DNA of 64,000 bases from a virus (taxonomy: Duplodnaviria; Caudoviricetes), in the IMG/VR virus record IMGVR_UViG_3300032007_000068, positions 1 through 64,000 of that record; one strand, written 5' to 3'. A program made the position numbers and the translations under genes. Positions 11,626 to 24,620 of the stretch are shown in pieces. The notes beneath the pieces are model-generated. The model was given only the letters and a program-made list of their open reading frames with translations. It ran no database searches and was not told the DNA's origin. Every line of letters begins with the position of its first letter. Position 1 is the stretch's first letter.

Positions 11626-12350
11626 ATTATTTAGGGTCTTTATTAGGATTAAAAGTTCCTATTAAAGAATTGCAGCTAACTTTATCTTGTCCTACTATGG
11701 AAGATATAGGATATATAGGCGAACAGGATTTTTTTACTGCAATGCAATTACTATGTTTAGATAAAGATTAGCTAGTTTAGGACAAAACTCTTTTATCGAA
11801 CTTATCTAATTTTCAAGTATTAATGGAAGTACTAAAGTAGACAAGAGATGCTGAAAAGAAAACAGCTATTACAAATTTGTTAATGATATTACTTCCTGAA
11901 TATAAAACTGCGATTACCCCTAATGGATTTATTTTATTCAAAGAGGGCGAATAGCCTAAAACAATAGATGAGGGAAATTTTAATATATTCCAAGCAGCAA
12001 TTAAAGAGGTTCTTTGTGTAAATAGTATCTTCTAGGGTAAACACGTGGTATATAACCCCGCAAATAGTAAGGCTAAAGCAATAGCCGATAAATTAATGCG
12101 CGGGCGCCAGAAGGTGGCGGCGCAAAAGTCGGGGTAGGAAGGCGGTAGCGTCTTCGTTTAGTATTTATCTATATTAACAGTGCGTGGTGTTTTAGCCGTA
12201 TCTGAGTGGCGTTCGCTTACTCTGTTCGCATTGTTTGATTTGATATAGAGGAACAATTTATTTATAGATTGGGATATTGATTTAAGGGTTCGTTTGGCAG
12301 GCGGAAGCCCAGATTCAAAAGTTGAACCCTGGACTAAAAACTTATATTAA
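11622..12350 (+). CDS. Hypothetical virion-module protein (242 aa, TAG=Gln)
   Basis: ATGA overlap with the upstream gene; continuous frame to TAA 12348-12350; entirely missed by the track. Confidence 0.65.
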
Positions 12351-12364
12351 GGAGGAAACACTAT

Positions 12365-13516
12365 ATGCGTTTTGGTGTTCGTGAATGCGCGGATGTTGTT
12401 TTCCGTGCTAAGGGCAAAATGAAGGTTGGTAATAGAACCTTCTATAAAAATGAGCCTGTTTGTTATTTTGACACTTTAACGACTTCGGCCCTTGAGGGTG
12501 CTGCTACTACCGTGTATGCCACTGGTGGACGCGGCGGTGCTCGTTTAATGGGTTGGGACGGTGAGCGTACTGTTACGTTTAGTATGACCGACGCTCTTAT
12601 ATCTCCCGAGGGACTTATGATTCTTACTGGTGCTGGCTTAATAGAAGCTTCGACTACTGCGCCTCTGTATGTCCATACTACCTCTCAGGTAGCCGCAAAA
12701 ACCATTGGTACTGGTGCTGATGCTAAGGTAATTGTTGAGCTTCCTCAGGTTGCTTGCTGGAGCCACTCTGGTGAGCTGGAAGCCCTTGAAAACGATGGAT
12801 ATGATTTTACTCAGCTTTATCGTGCTGGCGCCGATATTTTCCTTATGCCGCTTCATAATGGTGAAGTCGTTTCTGCGCCTGTTATTCCGGCTCGCTCCGG
12901 TGTTTGCTATGTAATGGAGGACGGCAAGCCCGTTAAGACCCAGATAGTTTGCTATCCAAATGGCAAATCTCTTGCTGATGGCGATATCGTTCTTGTTGAT
13001 TATTATGTTAAGAGAACTGGTAATGTAAAGCAGATTGATATTGAGCCTGATAAGTTCGGTGGTTACTTCTATATCGAGGCTAGCACGCTGTTCCGCGATG
13101 AGGCTACCGGTCAGGATATGCCCGCTGAGTTTATAATTCCGAAGGCTAAGGTCCAGTCTAACTTCACCTTTACGATGGCTGCGACTGGCGATCCTTCCAC
13201 CTTCGATTTCACGATGGATGCTTTCCCTGACTATACGAAGTTTGATGGCGAGAAGAAAGTTCTTGCTTCTATTCAGATAGTTGAGGAAGTTGACGAGGAT
13301 ACTTCCGATGATGAGTATCGTAAGCATATTGACCTTGCTTCCGGCCAGGGCGCTGTAACGACCAAGGTTGATAATGACCATCGTTCTATGTATGCTACTG
13401 CGAATGAGTTCGGTAAGCTCCTTGGTGAGCATCCCGCTCCTCTGAGCAATGATCCTGATAAGGCTAAGGACGGCAACGGTTACGTCTTTAATACCAACGT
13501 GGCTGACACTAATTAA
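12365..13516 (+). CDS. Major tail tube protein (383 aa, no TAG)
   Basis: RBS AAGGAGG; high-expression codon bias; MRFGVRECADV...FTFTMAATGDPSTFDFTMDAFP; position before the chaperone and tape measure. Confidence 0.75.
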   Translation: MRFGVRECADVVFRAKGKMKVGNRTFYKNEPVCYFDTLTTSALEGAATTVYATGGRGGARLMGWDGERTVTFSMTDALISPEGLMILTGAGLIEASTTAPLYVHTTSQVAAKTIGTGADAKVIVELPQVACWSHSGELEALENDGYDFTQLYRAGADIFLMPLHNGEVVSAPVIPARSGVCYVMEDGKPVKTQIVCYPNGKSLADGDIVLVDYYVKRTGNVKQIDIEPDKFGGYFYIEASTLFRDEATGQDMPAEFIIPKAKVQSNFTFTMAATGDPSTFDFTMDAFPDYTKFDGEKKVLASIQIVEEVDEDTSDDEYRKHIDLASGQGAVTTKVDNDHRSMYATANEFGKLLGEHPAPLSNDPDKAKDGNGYVFNTNVADTN

Positions 13517-13525
13517 AATCCTATT

Positions 13526-13561
13526 GAGGGAGAGATGATTAAATATCTCTCCCTCTTTTTT
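13526..13561 (+). terminator. Rho-independent terminator
   Basis: GAGGGGAGAGAT...ATCTCTCCCTC followed by a T-tract. Confidence 0.8.
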
Positions 13562-13587
13562 GTTACGAGAGAAAGGAGGTAAGGATT

Positions 13588-15120
13588 ATTTCTATTGTTG
13601 TTCAATTAAAGCCATATGGAGAGAATGAGAATGGGAAACCTCGTGTACAATTATCCAACTTGGTATATGTGCATTTAGAACCCGAAGATGTAGATTAGGA
13701 TAAGATAACAAGTGAGATACCTTCAAAAATAATAAAATCTAATCCTGTTAATAAACTTGATGTTCTTTTAAAAAGCTATTTAAAGCGTCTAGGAAACACT
13801 GTCTAGGTCGGTTTATCCGCGGGGACTAAAAGCTTATATTAGGCACTTGTAGATGGCACTTTTTCAGAGGAACAGATAGATAATTTGTTAAAAAATGTTG
13901 CTGTCTCTTTGAACAAAGAACTGCTAGAAAAGACAGATAATTTGTTAGAAAGTGCTAATAACGAGCCGCCAAAGACAATAGTATCTAATATAGTGGCTAA
14001 TTTTGCTAGCTTTCGAGATAATAAAGACAATGAAGGTAAGAACTTGGCGGCTTTTTTTGATGCCATATATCAAGCAGTAGAAGAGGCTGAAGCATTAGAA
14101 GAAAATGATAAACAGGCTTGGGAGACTTTTAAAGACGAATTTAAGACAAATATAATGAATGCTAAATCTGGAATGAAATTAATAGAATATAGTTCAACGG
14201 GCAGCAAGGTTTTTAGTAAAATAACTCGAATTTTACAACGAGTGGCTAAGAAATATGCTGGCTTGCAGGGGGAATATAGCAACATCTCTTTGGCTGGTTC
14301 CTTAAACTATTTACTTAAAGGCCCTTTAGTAGGTGAAAAGAGTGGAGCCACGCGCGCTCTGAATTAGGTGCTTGGGGCTGCAGGACATAATATGGTAGAA
14401 ATTATGGAAAAAAGCAAGTTATTTGTAAAATCAATAGGTTCTGACCCTAGCGACTCTACTAAAAAATTTCAGAAAGCAGACTATGAGATAACAGGAGCAA
14501 CTATGAAGTACCGCGCTAGCATTGATGGTACAGCTAAAAATCCAGTTATTTTATAGGAGTTAATTGGAAGCCTTAAGTAGCTAGATAATTTTAATTTGAA
14601 TACTTAGAATTATGGTAACATTACCATCGAACATAAAGGTAGTTTATATAATTTGATGTTACAAGAAGGGTATAGTGCCTATGCTGCGGCGAATATTATA
14701 ACTCATTCGGATAAACAAGAGCCTGAGTTTTTCCCGCAGCAACTTCATTCTTTTTATTAGTTTTTATTGCGTAATTATCTTATTGATTTTTTGGCAGGAC
14801 GAGAAGGGGAAAAAACAGTATTAATGTTAGACGTTAATGGTTATAAATATCCTATTTTTTCAATTATAAAAGAATATATCAATACAATGAAAACCGATGG
14901 AAAATTTGATCAATATAATAAAAATAATTTAATTTATATAAAAACCTCTATTCCAGATAATAAAAAAGAAGGTTCGCAATAGAACAATATTTAGGATGCT
15001 TTGGAACGTAGTAACGCTGTATTGAAGATAATAAATAAACTAATTGTGGAAATTAAAATGAATAGTCACAAATTGGCTAAATTAATTAGCAATTTACCTG
15101 GTCTTAAACCTTTGACCTAA
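13588..15120 (+). CDS. Hypothetical protein (~510 aa, TAG=Gln, probable ATT start)
   Basis: One frame joins track ORFs 13885, 14368 and 14767; AGGAGGT lies 7 nt before ATT 13588; ends at TAA 15118-15120. Confidence 0.6.
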
Positions 15121-15140
15121 TTAAAAAAATATGGTATTAT
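15112..15140 (+). promoter_or_regulatory. Sigma70/sigma-A-type promoter
   Basis: TTGACC-17 nt-TATTAT with an extended TG. Confidence 0.65.
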
Positions 15141-15175
15141 TAAAATATCAAAAGAGTAAAAGGAGATTGATATAA

Positions 15176-15703
15176 ATGTTATATAACGATTTAGAGCTGA
15201 CTATTGCGATTCCCGAGCCTATAACTATTACCATAGGCGACAAAGAAATTAAAGTAGTTCAGTATTTACCTATGGATAAAAAGATGGAGCTTATTTCAGA
15301 TATTCTGTTTCTCGCTGTAGACCCGCAGACTGGAGTGTTTAGTCCCATGCGGACAGAAGTAGCTTTTTGCGTTAAGATGATGGACTATTATACTGATTTA
15401 GAGATGCCAACCGACCTGACCGAACTAACTGCGGCATACGATGTGCTTGAAACCAATGGTATTTTCGACCAGGCGATTGGCGCCATCCCGCAAATAGAAT
15501 ATGATGATTTAACGCAGTATCTTGAAGATTGTATTGCTTCTGCTACTGCTTATAATACTTCCTTTGCGGGGGTACTCCAGGCTATGTCCAATGATGCGGG
15601 GACGCTGAGTACCGATATGGAAAAACTAATGGAGAGTATTAAGAACCGTGAAGGTTTAGAGCTTTTATCTGAAATTAAGAATGCGGCGGGTAAAGAAGAT
15701 TAA
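15176..15703 (+). CDS. Putative tail assembly chaperone (175 aa, no TAG)
   Basis: Intact acidic ORF immediately before the tape measure gene; function inferred from synteny only. Confidence 0.5.
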   Translation: MLYNDLELTIAIPEPITITIGDKEIKVVQYLPMDKKMELISDILFLAVDPQTGVFSPMRTEVAFCVKMMDYYTDLEMPTDLTELTAAYDVLETNGIFDQAIGAIPQIEYDDLTQYLEDCIASATAYNTSFAGVLQAMSNDAGTLSTDMEKLMESIKNREGLELLSEIKNAAGKED

Positions 15704-15743
15704 TTTATCAGCGATATTTTTTATTTAATATAGAGAACTAATG

Positions 15744-15771
15744 AAGGGTTTGAGTTTCTCAAACCCTTTTT
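15744..15771 (+). terminator. Terminator-like hairpin before the tape measure gene
   Basis: AAGGGTTTGAG-TTT-CTCAAACCCTT plus a T-run. Confidence 0.65.
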
Positions 15772-15803
15772 CGCATATATTGAGTAAAAGGAGGAAAAAT
15801 TTT

Positions 15804-18800
15804 ATGGCTATCCAACAATATGGTATTAAATATCGTGTTGGTTTTGAAACCGATTAGGCTTCTTTATAGAAAACAGTAAATGAAGCTATAAGTGCTTTGT
15901 AGAAGATAGGTACTAACAGCTAGTTTGGTGTTGCTAAAGAATTATAGAATGCTAGTAGTGCGGCATATAAGCTAGGTAGTATACTCAAAAATTCCATTAA
16001 TATGGATACCGGAAAGTTTGAGATAGATAAATTCTAGCAAAAATTATAGCAAAGCGGCATGACTTTAGAGTAGTATCGCGATGAGCTAGCTTAGTTAGGT
16101 CCGCAAGGTAAAAATGCTTTTGGGCAGGTTGCTGATGCTATTACTTCAGCCGAGTTACCAATGCGGCGTGTAAATACTTTATTAGACAAGCTCTGGGCTA
16201 CTATGAAGAATACTATTAGGTGGCAATTTACTTCTAGGGCTTGGATGACACTATTAAGTTCTATTAGAACTGCTTATTCATATAGCTAGGACTTAAATAC
16301 AAGTTTAAATAATATTCGTATAGTAACTGGGCATAATGCGGACGAGATGGCTAGATTTGCGGAAAACGCGAATAAGGCTGCCGCTAAATTAAATACTACT
16401 ACCACTGAATATGCAGATGCTTCTCTTATCTATTTCCAACAGGGCTTCGATGATGCGGAAGTGGAACGTAGAACTGCTGTTACGATTAAGCTAGCTAATG
16501 CGGCCGGCATTTCCGCAGAGCAAGCATCTTCGCAATTAACCGCTATTTGGAATAACTTCTCTGACGGTTCGGACAATCTGGAACGATATGCGGATGTGTT
16601 GGTTAAATTAGGCGCTACGACTGCATCTAGTTCAGAAGAAATTTCCAAAGGTATGTAGAAGTTTGCGGCAGTTGCGGATACGGTTGGATTAAGTTATGAC
16701 TATGCTGCCTCAGCTCTTGCTACTATTGTTGCTGAAACGCGTACTAGTGCGGAAGAAGTTGGTACTTCATTAAGAACTATATTTGCTCGTTTTGAGAGTT
16801 TAAAGCTTGGAGAGACTCTTGAAGACGGTGTTGATTTAAATAAATATACTGCGGCTCTTGCTTCTGTTGGAGTTAATGTACTTGACTCTAATGGCGAGTT
16901 GCGACAGATGGACGATATCTTAGATGATATATTTAAGAAATGGCAAAATCTAAATCAAGCGCAATAGAATGCTTTAGCAACTACTGTTGCCGGTGTTAGA
17001 CAGTATGCTAACTTTATTGCATTGTTTAAGAATGCTGATACTTTCTATCAGAATGTTGAAACGGCGCAAGGCGCTACTGGCGCTTTGCAAGAATAGGCTG
17101 ATATATATGCTCAGAGTTGGGAAGCTGCGAAAGACCAGGTAAAAAATGCGGCTTAGGATATATATGATAGTCTAATTAACGCAGATTTCTTTATTGATTT
17201 TGATAACAACATTCTTGCTCCTCTTTTACACGGCATAGCCAGTGTTATAGATGGATTTGGTGGATTAAAGGGATTGTTACCCACTATTGCTGGTTATTTA
17301 ACCATGATATTTGGTCCTCAAATAACTAGCTTTATGGACAATTTTGCTTATAACCTACGAGTTATTTCTGGTATAGAGGCATAGAGGGCTAGAGATTTAC
17401 AAGCTGAGGCCATGCAACTCAAAGCTGGCATGGCAGTTGACACTGGCGATACTACAGAGCAAGAGAGAGTTGACTTAGAAAACCAAGTTTTAAAATTAAA
17501 AACAAAAATTTTATAGACATCAACTCAATATTCAGAAGCATAGCAAGAAGACATTAGAACTTAGGCTAATTTAATTGATGAACTGATAGCCCAATGGAAA
17601 GAGGCAGCCAAGCAAGCTAAAGAGTATGAGGATACGGTAGAATATACTAAATCAAATTTATCTAAAAAGGTTGAAGAAAAACTACCTCAAGCTTTACAAG
17701 CACAAGGTATCAAAGTAAAAGAAGGATAGACAATAGCAGTACATGAATAGCTATCCAAAGATTATACAGGAGATAAATATTATACTCGTCCAGAAGCCTT
17801 GCAGGGATATAAGGGGCAATCTGATAGTGATGTAACTTCTTTCTTTTTGGGCAAAGATACGGAAACAATTAAATAGTAGATTCAACAAGAGATTAATGTG
17901 ATAGAAGAAGAATTAAAACAACTAGATGGAATTGAGGTCGATGATGGTTATATAAAAGGGTTAAAAGCCAGTTTAAAAGAAGCCCAGGCTGATTTAGAAG
18001 CTTTAAATAATATTACGGTAATTCCTAAAATAGATGTTTCTTAGCTTGACTTAAAGGAAAGCGAGAAAATTCTTGAAGAAGGTTCAATATTAAATTTAAA
18101 GCTGAATTTAGAAGCTACAGACGCAAAGGGCAAGGTTGCCGAGATTTTAGGTAGTGTCGATAAATTGCAATCCTTGTTTAAATAGCTCGGTACACGAGAA
18201 GGCGGTTTAGAGGCTATTCGGCAACAATTTGCACAATTGGATACATCAACAAAGTTAAGTAAAGAAGAAGCAGAGGCTTTGTCTGCCGAGTTTAAGCAAT
18301 TAGGACTTAATCCTGACCAATTTGTCCATGAAGGAGATACAATACAACAGGTTTTAGACCAAATAAGCCAAGCTACAAAAGAGACTAAGACCGTAAGCGA
18401 GGAATGGATAGGGGCTTTAGAAAAAGTTGCTGGGACGGATCCTGATTTAAAAGGGCTTTTAGCTAATCTTAAACAAACTGCGGAAAGTAGTAGGTAGGCT
18501 GGACAAGCTAATGTAAACGCAGCCGGAGCTTATCATTAGGCAGCAAATGGAGTAGTAGTACTGGCTAAGAAAGCGGGAGAAGCTGAGAAGTAGGTAAAAA
18601 GTTTTTCATAGCAAACTACCATGGCTATTTAGGGTATTACTGCTGGCTTGGGCGCAGTTACTGCTTTTTCTTCTTCCATAAAAATACTAGGGGATTCTTC
18701 TGCGGACGCTACTGCTAAATTCGGCGCTGTTCGTTCAATGGTTTATTCTGCGATACCAGCGATTAATAGTCTTGGTAAAGCAATAGAAGGCATTAAGAAT

Positions 18801-21800
18801 AAGACAGCTGTAGCCGGTGGTTGGATAACTATTGTTATTACTGTTCTTGCCACTTTAATTTCTGTATTATCAAAAGCCGGTGTATTTAAAACACCTTTTG
18901 AAAAAGCTGCTGAATCAGTTAAGAAGTATAAAGAAGAATTAGAAGATTTAAATAATTCTATTGAGAGTAACGAAAAAGAACTTGAAACCATGCAGAAACG
19001 CATGAAAGAGCTAGAAGCTATTAAGGTTCCTAGTTTGGCAGAAGCTGAAGAATTAGAGAATTTACGCATTAAAAATAATTTATTAGCTTACTAGACTGAA
19101 GAATTAAAGAGATAGAGGAAAGAAACTTAGAAGTTATTAGCAGCCGAACGAAAAAGAATGGCTGAATCTGGTTCTGATGCAATGTCTGAGGCAGTGCGGT
19201 CCAAGAGAGGCGGTTTCTTTGCTGATGTTGGTGATTTTATAACTGGAAGTTCTAATGAGTCCCAAGCAGAAAAATGGGTTAGTCAAAAAGCATTTGCTAA
19301 TTTTATGGAAGATTAGAAGATGGGGCAAGTCGAGGCTTATTGGGCTATAGATTCTGGCAAGTATAACAAAGAGATAAAAGCCGCGAGAGAATAGGCTTTA
19401 TTGGAATTTAGACAAGAATTTAGAGAAACGGAACAAACTGCTTTACAAGATTTTCAAGATTATGTTGAATTATAGACAGAGCTGGGTTTAAAAATAGAAG
19501 AAGAGCAAGTTCAGCTATTGGCTAGTACTATGAAAGCGTATTGGCTTGAAGACTTTGAAACTGGTTATGTTGGTCCAGTTTTAAATGCCTTCTCTTAGAG
19601 TCATGGTGAGATTGTTGAAGCCTTAATCAAAGGAACAACATTGTCCGATGAAGAAAAATAGCAGTTATTAACTAGTGGGTTAACGATAGAAGATGCGGCA
19701 AGCGCGATAGGTAATTTAAAAGAACATTTTAGATAGTTTACTGGTGGAGAAAGTTGGCTAAATAGCCTTTCTGCGCAAGAAATTAGTTATTTGTTAACTT
19801 TAGATTTAGACGATAAATCATTAACCGATGCTTAGAAAATAATTGATAATTATAGAGGTGAGTTGGCCGCTGAAGTTGAGGCCGCTGGGAAGGTTTTATC
19901 TGCCTATAATAAGGCTAACCATTAGAGTATTTTGGATAAAATAGCTGCAACTAAAGATCTTACCGATAAAGAATTAGAATACTTGTAGGCATTAGAAAAA
20001 GAGTATGATTTATTAAATCTTTTAAGTGGCGATAGAAGTTCGGCGGCTTATCAAAGAGAACTATTTAACATTTAGAATATAGAAGAAGCAAGAGGGATTT
20101 TGACTCAAATTGATACCGTTTTAGAGCAAGGTGCTTTAGGTAAAGCCAAACATTTAGCTTCTTTATCTGAGCAACTTGAAACGGAAAGAGACAATAGAAC
20201 CAACTTAGTTTTTAACGCAACTAAAATGCATGGCCAAATTATCCAAGGCGATATTACTACTCCTTTATCTCAAGAACAAGAGGCAGCTTTATAGTATATA
20301 TTGCCCGGGGTAACAAATCTTTTATAGAGAAACGGGACTACTACTCAAGCGCAAGAATATATAAAAAAATATACAAGCGGGCTGTTTGATAATATAAATA
20401 TGACCGATTTTGTAGAGAACATAAATTAGGACCTGGATGCTGGATATACAACGGATGAAATTAATCAAAGAGCTACAGAAAGAATAAAGAGTTGGGTATC
20501 AGAGAGCGAAGAAGTTCAAAAATTAAAAACAGAATATCAAAAATTAAATGAAGAAATAGAGGATAGTACAAAAAAAGTAAATTAGTTAGAAGAAGATATT
20601 GACTCACTTGCCATTTCTAACATTTCCTTTAAAGAATTAGTAAAATCTGCGCAAGAGCTTGGTTCTTATTTAGCGCAAGATTTGGCTTCTGATATTGATT
20701 ATATTGCTGCTCGTTTTGATGCTATGAGCAAGGCTGATAAAATTTTAGCTTCTGGATTTACCGTTACTATAGATGAGGCTAAAGCTTTAGCTGAGGCCTA
20801 TCCTGGCATTTTAGAAAGCTATGAGACTACTAGTGATGGTTTAATAAAGATAGATGAAAAAATAGCAGAATCTGCTAAACAAACCGCTAAAACATAGATT
20901 GATGAAGATATTAAAGTAGCTTTGAGTAAGGCTCAAACTGCTATAAAATATTATGAAATATAGCTACAATTATATGATGATGCTATTACAGCCTTAAAGG
21001 AAAATCAAGATGATTCACAACAAGCTATTGAATAGCACGAAAAAGCAAAAAATGGGTTAGAAGAAAATGCAGCGTCTGTTTCTGCGGGGATTGCTAAAGA
21101 ATTAGCAGATGATGTAATTGGTTTTTCAGACGATTCAACTAATGCGGCTATTATTGATGCAGAAAATTACGCTGACGCCTGGACTAGTTCTTATGCAGCG
21201 GTAGAAAAAGCATATTATCAATATGTAAAATCATATGAAGCTGGTCAGAAAGTTCTTGCTGCGGCGGATGAACAACAATGGCTTTTGGCTAGGCAACATT
21301 TAGGTGAAATGGGGCGTGTAACAGCTGCTTATCACTCTGCGGCCACTCTACAAAACAATGCCTTGGAAGGAGATTTTACTTTTGGGTTTAGTTCTGAAGA
21401 AGCATGGAAAAAAGCCATGCTATCCGACGACCCAGAGCTTCGCAAAACGGCTAGAGACGCAGCGATAAAATAGTATCAAGCGTTACGAGAAGGAGCTGCA
21501 AGTACTTTAGATATGTTGCGTGCCTATGAAGGCGAACTAATGCTAAGGCAAGCGGGTACTTATAATACAGACAAGTCCAAAAAATCTGGTGGTTCTAAAT
21601 CTGAGGCAAAAGAAAAAGAGGCTTTAAAATGGCAATTAGAGCGTTACCACGAAATCTCTCGTGAAATAGCTTATCAAGAGCGTCAAGTTAGCAAATTAGA
21701 TAAAACTATTTCTAGAGCCTACGGCGCGAATAAGCTACAAGCGTTCGCGGATAAAGAAAAAGCTTTAAATAAACAGCTAGTCTTAGAGCAAGAAAAGCTT

Positions 21801-24572
21801 CAAGAAGCTAGTGAAAAGTGGCTCGAAGCTGATAAAGCGGCTTTAGAAGAGTTGGGTGTTGGAGTTTAGTTTGATGCGGGAACGGGCGAAATATCTAACT
21901 ATAGTGAGATTATGACTGCGGCCGCCGATGCACAGTAGAAAGCTATAGATAAATATAATGCTTATGTTAAAGAACATCCTAACGCTACTACAGAAGAGCT
22001 GAAGAAATATCAAGAAGCGATGGACGCAACTCAAGAGAGAATGTCTGATATTACCGATGCTATTAAGAATTACGAAGATAGCTTAACCAAAGTAGCTGAA
22101 TAGCAAGAAAAAGTAGCAGAGATTTAGAGGTCAATAGCAGATAATAGATTGGCTGCTTTTGATGCCACATTGCAACTTAAATTAGATGTACAATCGGTTA
22201 AGGATGCTGTTAATGAATTAAATAAAGCTTTTATTCAAGCCAACGGTGATGTGCTAGATTATGGCGTAGACTTACTTGGAGCCAGAGAAAAAGATTTTGA
22301 TGGGTTAATGACCAATATTAAAAGCAGGTTAGACTATGCTAAACAGTTAGCTTATGAATTAAAAAACCAAAAAGAAGAAACCGATGTTGCTAAAACAACT
22401 GAAAATCTTAAAAACACTATTTCTGAATTAATGTCAGATGCCAAATCTGCTTTAGAGTTTATCGCAGAATGGGAAAAGCTATATGCGGATGCAGTTAATG
22501 CGGCCATGGAACGATTTAACTGGTATATTTCGCGGCTATCTCATAATAGCACGGTTGCTAGTACAATTAAAGAGCTGCTTACTCTTTAGGGCGTTACTAA
22601 TAAGACAGCCGATGGATTCGGCAAGTTACAAAAGGTTTTACAAACCTAGCTCGATGCCGCTATTACCCAAGGTAAGCTTCAAAAAGATGCTTATGATTAC
22701 TGGACTGCGCAGGTAGCTATCGCTAATGAGAATTGGAACTCTGTAAAAGATAATGTAGACGATATTAACTATGACCGCTACAAGAATGATTTACAAGCCG
22801 TTATAGCATAGCAAGAAGCAGCCGAAGATGCTATGTTAGCTTCAGCGAAGGAATCTATGGAACTGGCTCGTACGATGTACGAGGAGTAGCTTGAAAGAGC
22901 TAAAATTGAGTTCGAATAGATAATGACTGACGGTTCTAGTATTAGCGAATTACAAAAACAGTTTGACCACTTCATCGACGAAAATGAACGATACTTTGAT
23001 GACGTTAATACTGCTTATCATATAGCAGATTGGCAAGCTAAGCTGCAGGCTGACATAGATAATACCACTAATGCGGCGCATAGGCAATAGCTACAGCTTC
23101 TTCAAGAAGAAATAGAAACTAGAGCTGAAGGCGGCAAATTAAACCAATATGACCTAGATATTCTGAATGCAAAGTACAACCAAATGCAAGCTCTTATGGC
23201 TTTGGAAGATGCCCGGAATAATAAGAATACTTTGCGGCTGGTGCGGGATAGCTAGGGCAACTGGAACTATCAGTACACCAACAACGCGGATGATGTAGCT
23301 GCATAGGAGCAAAAGCTCGCGCAAGCAAATAATGAGTATTACAATATTGCTAAGAAACAAACTCAAGATGTTACTAGCTAGATTATTTCATTATGGCAAG
23401 AGTGTGAGGATGAGATTGATGAAATCTTTAAAGATTCTACTCTTACTGAAGAGGAGCGCAATGCCAAAATAGCAGAGCGTAAAGCCTATTACGCGCAGAA
23501 GGCCGTAGACTTAGAACGTGAAAAAAACCAAGCCATTGCAGATATGACTGCGGCGGCTACTGCGGCGGGCATTGAGTTCTCTAATTCTTATATAGCTAGA
23601 TTAAGTGAAATGACTACAAAGAATGTTGATTTTGAAGCAAATTTAGATACTTTGTTAAACAAATGCTCTAATTATTATAATGACTTTTCTACTGTTGTTG
23701 CGGGGGTTGCCGAAGATACTGGTACTAATATTAGTAGCTTAGATGGCTATACGAACAACTTAGCTGAGTCAACCCGCAACTTTGGCGATGACGCAAAGGA
23801 GGCTTGGGGTAAAGCAAAAACTGCTTTGGAAGAATATGCAGAAGTATTAAATGGTCTGGTACCTACTATGGAAATGGCTAGCCAAACTGCGAAAAATTTA
23901 AAAGTAACTGGCGATGCAGTCGCAGAAGCTACAGAATAGGCTAGCGGTTTAGGATACCACGATGAAATTGTATATGACCAATTAGGAGCTTATGCCAAAT
24001 CTACGGGAGCTTCTACCGGTATTTTACGATAGATATATAATGAACGGCAAATGAAAATTTCAGCTAATCCAGAATTGAGTAAGTATTCTATGTCTTGGGA
24101 AGAATTTTTACAGCATATAAATGGATTAACTAAATATCAAGTTGGCAATATATCCGATGCCACTTTAGCTAAATTTAAAGATTGGCTTAATTTAATGGGG
24201 ATTCAAAGCCTAGCCACTGGCGGTTATACTGGTGATTTTTCAGATGGTAGATTAGCTCTGCTTCACGAAAAAGAACTAGTCCTTAATTCACAAGATACTA
24301 GGAATATTCTTACCGCAGTTGCCTTGACGCGCCAAATGGCAGCAACGCTTGAGGCAGCTATAGATGGTTCTGCGAACGCTGGCCTAGCTTTAATGCGGAG
24401 TCGCTTTGGTGAGCGTATAGAAATACCCGCTTTACCCGGCGATCAATTAGAGCAAATGATACATATAGATCAAATAGAGTTCCCCAATGTGACCACTGCT
24501 TCAGAAATCCAAGAGGCTTTCCGCAACTTAGCAGACAATGCGTCACAATGGGCTAGACGGAGGAAAAGCTAA
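15804..24572 (+). CDS. Tape measure protein (~2922 aa, TAG=Gln)
   Basis: RBS AAGGAGG; eleven track ORFs (16347 to 24051) share one frame; TP901-type TMP core (LTAIWNNF...DVLVKLGATTASSSEEI...GTSLRTIFARF); long helical A/E/K/Q-rich body; C-terminal LATGGYTG...LHEKELVLN. Not every codon was checked by eye. Confidence 0.88.
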
Positions 24573-24592
24573 GGGGAGCGCAATCTCCCCTT
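24573..24592 (+). terminator. Short hairpin after the tape measure gene
   Basis: GGGGAG-CGCAAT-CTCCCC-TT. Confidence 0.45.
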
Positions 24593-24620
24593 CCTCCAAG
24601 GAGAGAAAGGAGTTTTATTT

